Assembly (NCBI GenBank): GCA_038087875.1
Contig: CM075977.1
Location: 161,510,001-161,574,000 of the forward strand
Origin: Malacoraja senta
Taxonomy: Eukaryota
Direction of reading: 5' to 3'
DNA: 64,000 nucleotides
The translations under genes and the position numbers were made by a program. The notes beneath the pieces are model-generated. The model saw nothing but the letters and a program-made list of their open reading frames with translations, was not told where the DNA came from and did no database searches. Of this stretch, positions 61,914 to 64,000 are shown in pieces; the stretch's first letter is position 1, and each line of letters starts with the position of its first letter.

Positions 61914-62776
61914 TATACAATACAATACATACAATACAATACAATTTATTTGTCATTTGGACCCCGTTGAGGTCCAAACGAAATGTCGTTTCTGCAGCCA
62001 TACATTACAAAACGAAGAAGACCCGAGACACAACACAATTTACACATACATCCATCACAGCGCTGTGATGGAAGGCAAAAAAACTTATCTCTCCACTGCA
62101 CTCCCCCCCCCCCCCCCCCCCCCCCCACCCGATGTCAGAGTCAAAGTCAAAGCCCCCGGCGGGCGATGGTGATTGCCCCTTGGCCATTAAAGCCATGCCA
62201 GGTGATGCAAGGTCGCGCACCGGGTCTTGGTGTTAGAGCCCCGGCACGCGCTCGCAAAGTTCCGCGGCCATTCCAAGCCGCGCGGGGCGGTGATGTAAAG
62301 CCCCGCTCCAGGTGCTCTTCAACCCCGCAACTAGGGCGGGAGAAGTCGCCGCTGCGGAAGCCCCGAAAAGCGGTCCCCCACCAGAGTCCCGCGGGCTTCC
62401 GGTGTTGCCGTCCGCCAGACCCGCGGCTGCAGCCTCCGAATCTCCGGGGGTCGGGTCGCAGCAGCGCTCCATCACAGCTCCACCCACTCCGGATTCGGCC
62501 AGCCCCGTGACGGTGAGTAGTCCGCAGCTCCGCAACTGGAGCCCCAGGTCGTTCCTGCTGGAGGCCGCTCCACGTTGCCCAGCCCCAACGACAACGGAGA
62601 CCCGACAAAGAAAAGGTCGGGTCTCCCGTGCAGGGGAAAGATTTTAAAATCCCCCCCCCCCACCCCCCACCCACACCCCCACACACATACCCCGACAAAA
62701 AAATAATAATAAAAACTACATAGAAACGAGACAAAAATAATAAAAAGACAGACGGACTGCAGAGGCCGCTGCTGCT
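61914..62776 (-). mobile_element. Young GC/CpG-rich non-autonomous retroposon with Rex/L2-like stem-loop tail and (TATTG)n end
   Basis: Minus strand ends ...CATTTCGTTTGGACCTCAACGGGGTCCAAATGACAAATAAATTGTATTGTATTG. CpGs are intact and there is no recognisable ORF. Confidence 0.7.
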
Positions 62777-62957
62777 GTGCCCATTACTTAAAAACAGCGT
62801 TGGGAAAATTGAGAAAGTTACAGTTTGAAGATGTGGAGGACTCGTCAAAGTCAGTACATTTTTCAACGTATAGCATTTTTGCTGAGCCTGACCACCGCCA
62901 GAAGCAAGAGCACTGAGGATGCCTGTGGCTGAAGTCTTTGCGCCTCTATTACAACAG

Positions 62958-63029
62958 GTGTTAGAAGTCAAAAGCCCATTAAAGCAAGGCAAACCTGAGA
63001 AAACAATAAAGAATGGTGAATGTGACAAG
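62958..63029 (+). CDS. MLLT3: MLLT3/AF9 coding exon (exon 9 equivalent), just upstream of the ANC1-homology domain
   Basis: aacAG|GTGTTAGAA...GACAAG|GTaagc, 72 bp. VLEVKSPLKQGKPEKTIKNGECDK matches AF9 ILEVKSPIKQ...IKNGECDK. Confidence 0.96.
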
Positions 63030-63649
63030 GTAAGCTGTGTTTTTTGCATTCTTGAAGTTCTTTCATCCAACACACTGCAGTCCTGAGCTCTTGGGCATAG
63101 TGAATATAAAAGCATGACATTTTTCAAGTGTCTCAAAGCAAATTGGCAAAATATTTGCCCTTGTCTCGAGTTCTGCTTGCTGGTTCAATTTTACTTCAGG
63201 AAGGAAAATAACTCGGACAGAATTCTTCAGGGAGACCGAACATTTGAAGTCTTGAGTCGATTCTCTTTTGCCTCCAGCTCATTATTTCTACCCACAAATC
63301 AGACCCTCTCCTTTCTTCAAGGTGTCAATAATTGTTCCTTATCTGGGAATGTAGGAAATTCCTGAACACAGTGTTTCAGAATGAGACGGTATAGACATGC
63401 GTGATCTTTTTGGAAGTGCTACAGTCTATCCTGTTCCTTTGATACATTAAATGGTACTTGTTGCAACGACTTCTGAAATGGTAAAGCACAAAAAGAGTCC
63501 ATTGTCCCAGGAGAGTCCGATCATCATCATCATGCAGTAAGATTCATTAAAATGGATGTGTTCACACAAAACAGTTTCATTCAGAATTTGATTTTATTGG
63601 TAAGGTTTGCAAATCAAGCTCAGGTGGGAATGACTTGTTCCATGCAGGA

Positions 63650-63885
63650 CCTAGGTTTATTATTTTTGCTTGCACAGAGGTACAGTGAAGGGCTTTGTTC
63701 TGCGTGCTATCCAAACAGATCAGATATAGCATGCTTAAATACAATCATGTTAAACTCAAGTACAATATAGAGAGCAAAGGGGAAGATGCAGAGTGCAGAA
63801 TATAGTTCTCAGCATTGTAGCGCATCAGTTCCATAGACAAAAGTCCAATGTCCACAGGGGGTAAAGGTGAACTGAACAGCACCCT
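63650..63885 (-). mobile_element. Rex/Babar 3' tail
   Basis: Closely similar to 43400-43630 (tgctatccaaacagatcagatata...gcatcagttccatagaca). Confidence 0.8.
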
Positions 63886-64000
63886 TGGTTCAATACTTCA
63901 AACTCCAAAGCAAGCAAGTACTCGAAGAACTCTGCACAACCATTATTTAGGTGTCTGTTGTGTAGAATTGGAAGAGTATTTCTATTTCAAAGCCCACATG

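Noticed and set aside
10437-63029. Assignment to MLLT1/ENL
   Set aside because: Exons 4-9 carry AF9-specific sequence ([19 protein letters not shown] start, GPLRSIM, LEVKSP..KNGECDK). Only one residue is ENL-like.
62147-63136. 329-aa minus-strand ORF, the longest in the track
   Set aside because: It spans the antisense of exon 9 and a GC-rich repeat. It is low-complexity with no recognisable domain, and stop avoidance is explained by GC content.

Overview
Eukaryotic genomic DNA from a cartilaginous fish, most likely a skate or ray. The repeat content (HE1-type V-SINEs, CR1, Rex-Babar, Penelope, Tx1) supports this. The whole window lies inside one + strand gene, MLLT3 (AF9, YEATS-domain super-elongation-complex subunit). 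Seven coding exons, equivalent to human exons 3-9, have GT-AG junctions and consistent phases. The start and the C-terminal ANC1-homology exons lie outside the window. The introns hold a near full-length degenerate RTE LINE, many CR1/Rex/L2 fragments, three TAA-flanked Harbinger-type MITEs and a hAT-like composite with a 5-bp TSD. The most unusual signals are: (1) a 131-bp TSD-flanked retroposon whose 5' end has the architecture of an HDV-like ribozyme (this copy is internally deleted) and which ends in a (GAA)n tail; (2) about a dozen tiny, often palindromic Penelope derivatives, many with 12-15-bp TSDs and minimal hammerhead cores; (3) a Tx1/L1 insertion with a twin-priming-type 5' inversion; (4) a diverged duplicated enhancer-like module in intron 5; (5) an AF9 that lacks the long mammalian poly-serine tract. 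Repeat-family names come from recognition by eye, not database searches, and the boundaries of old fragments are approximate.
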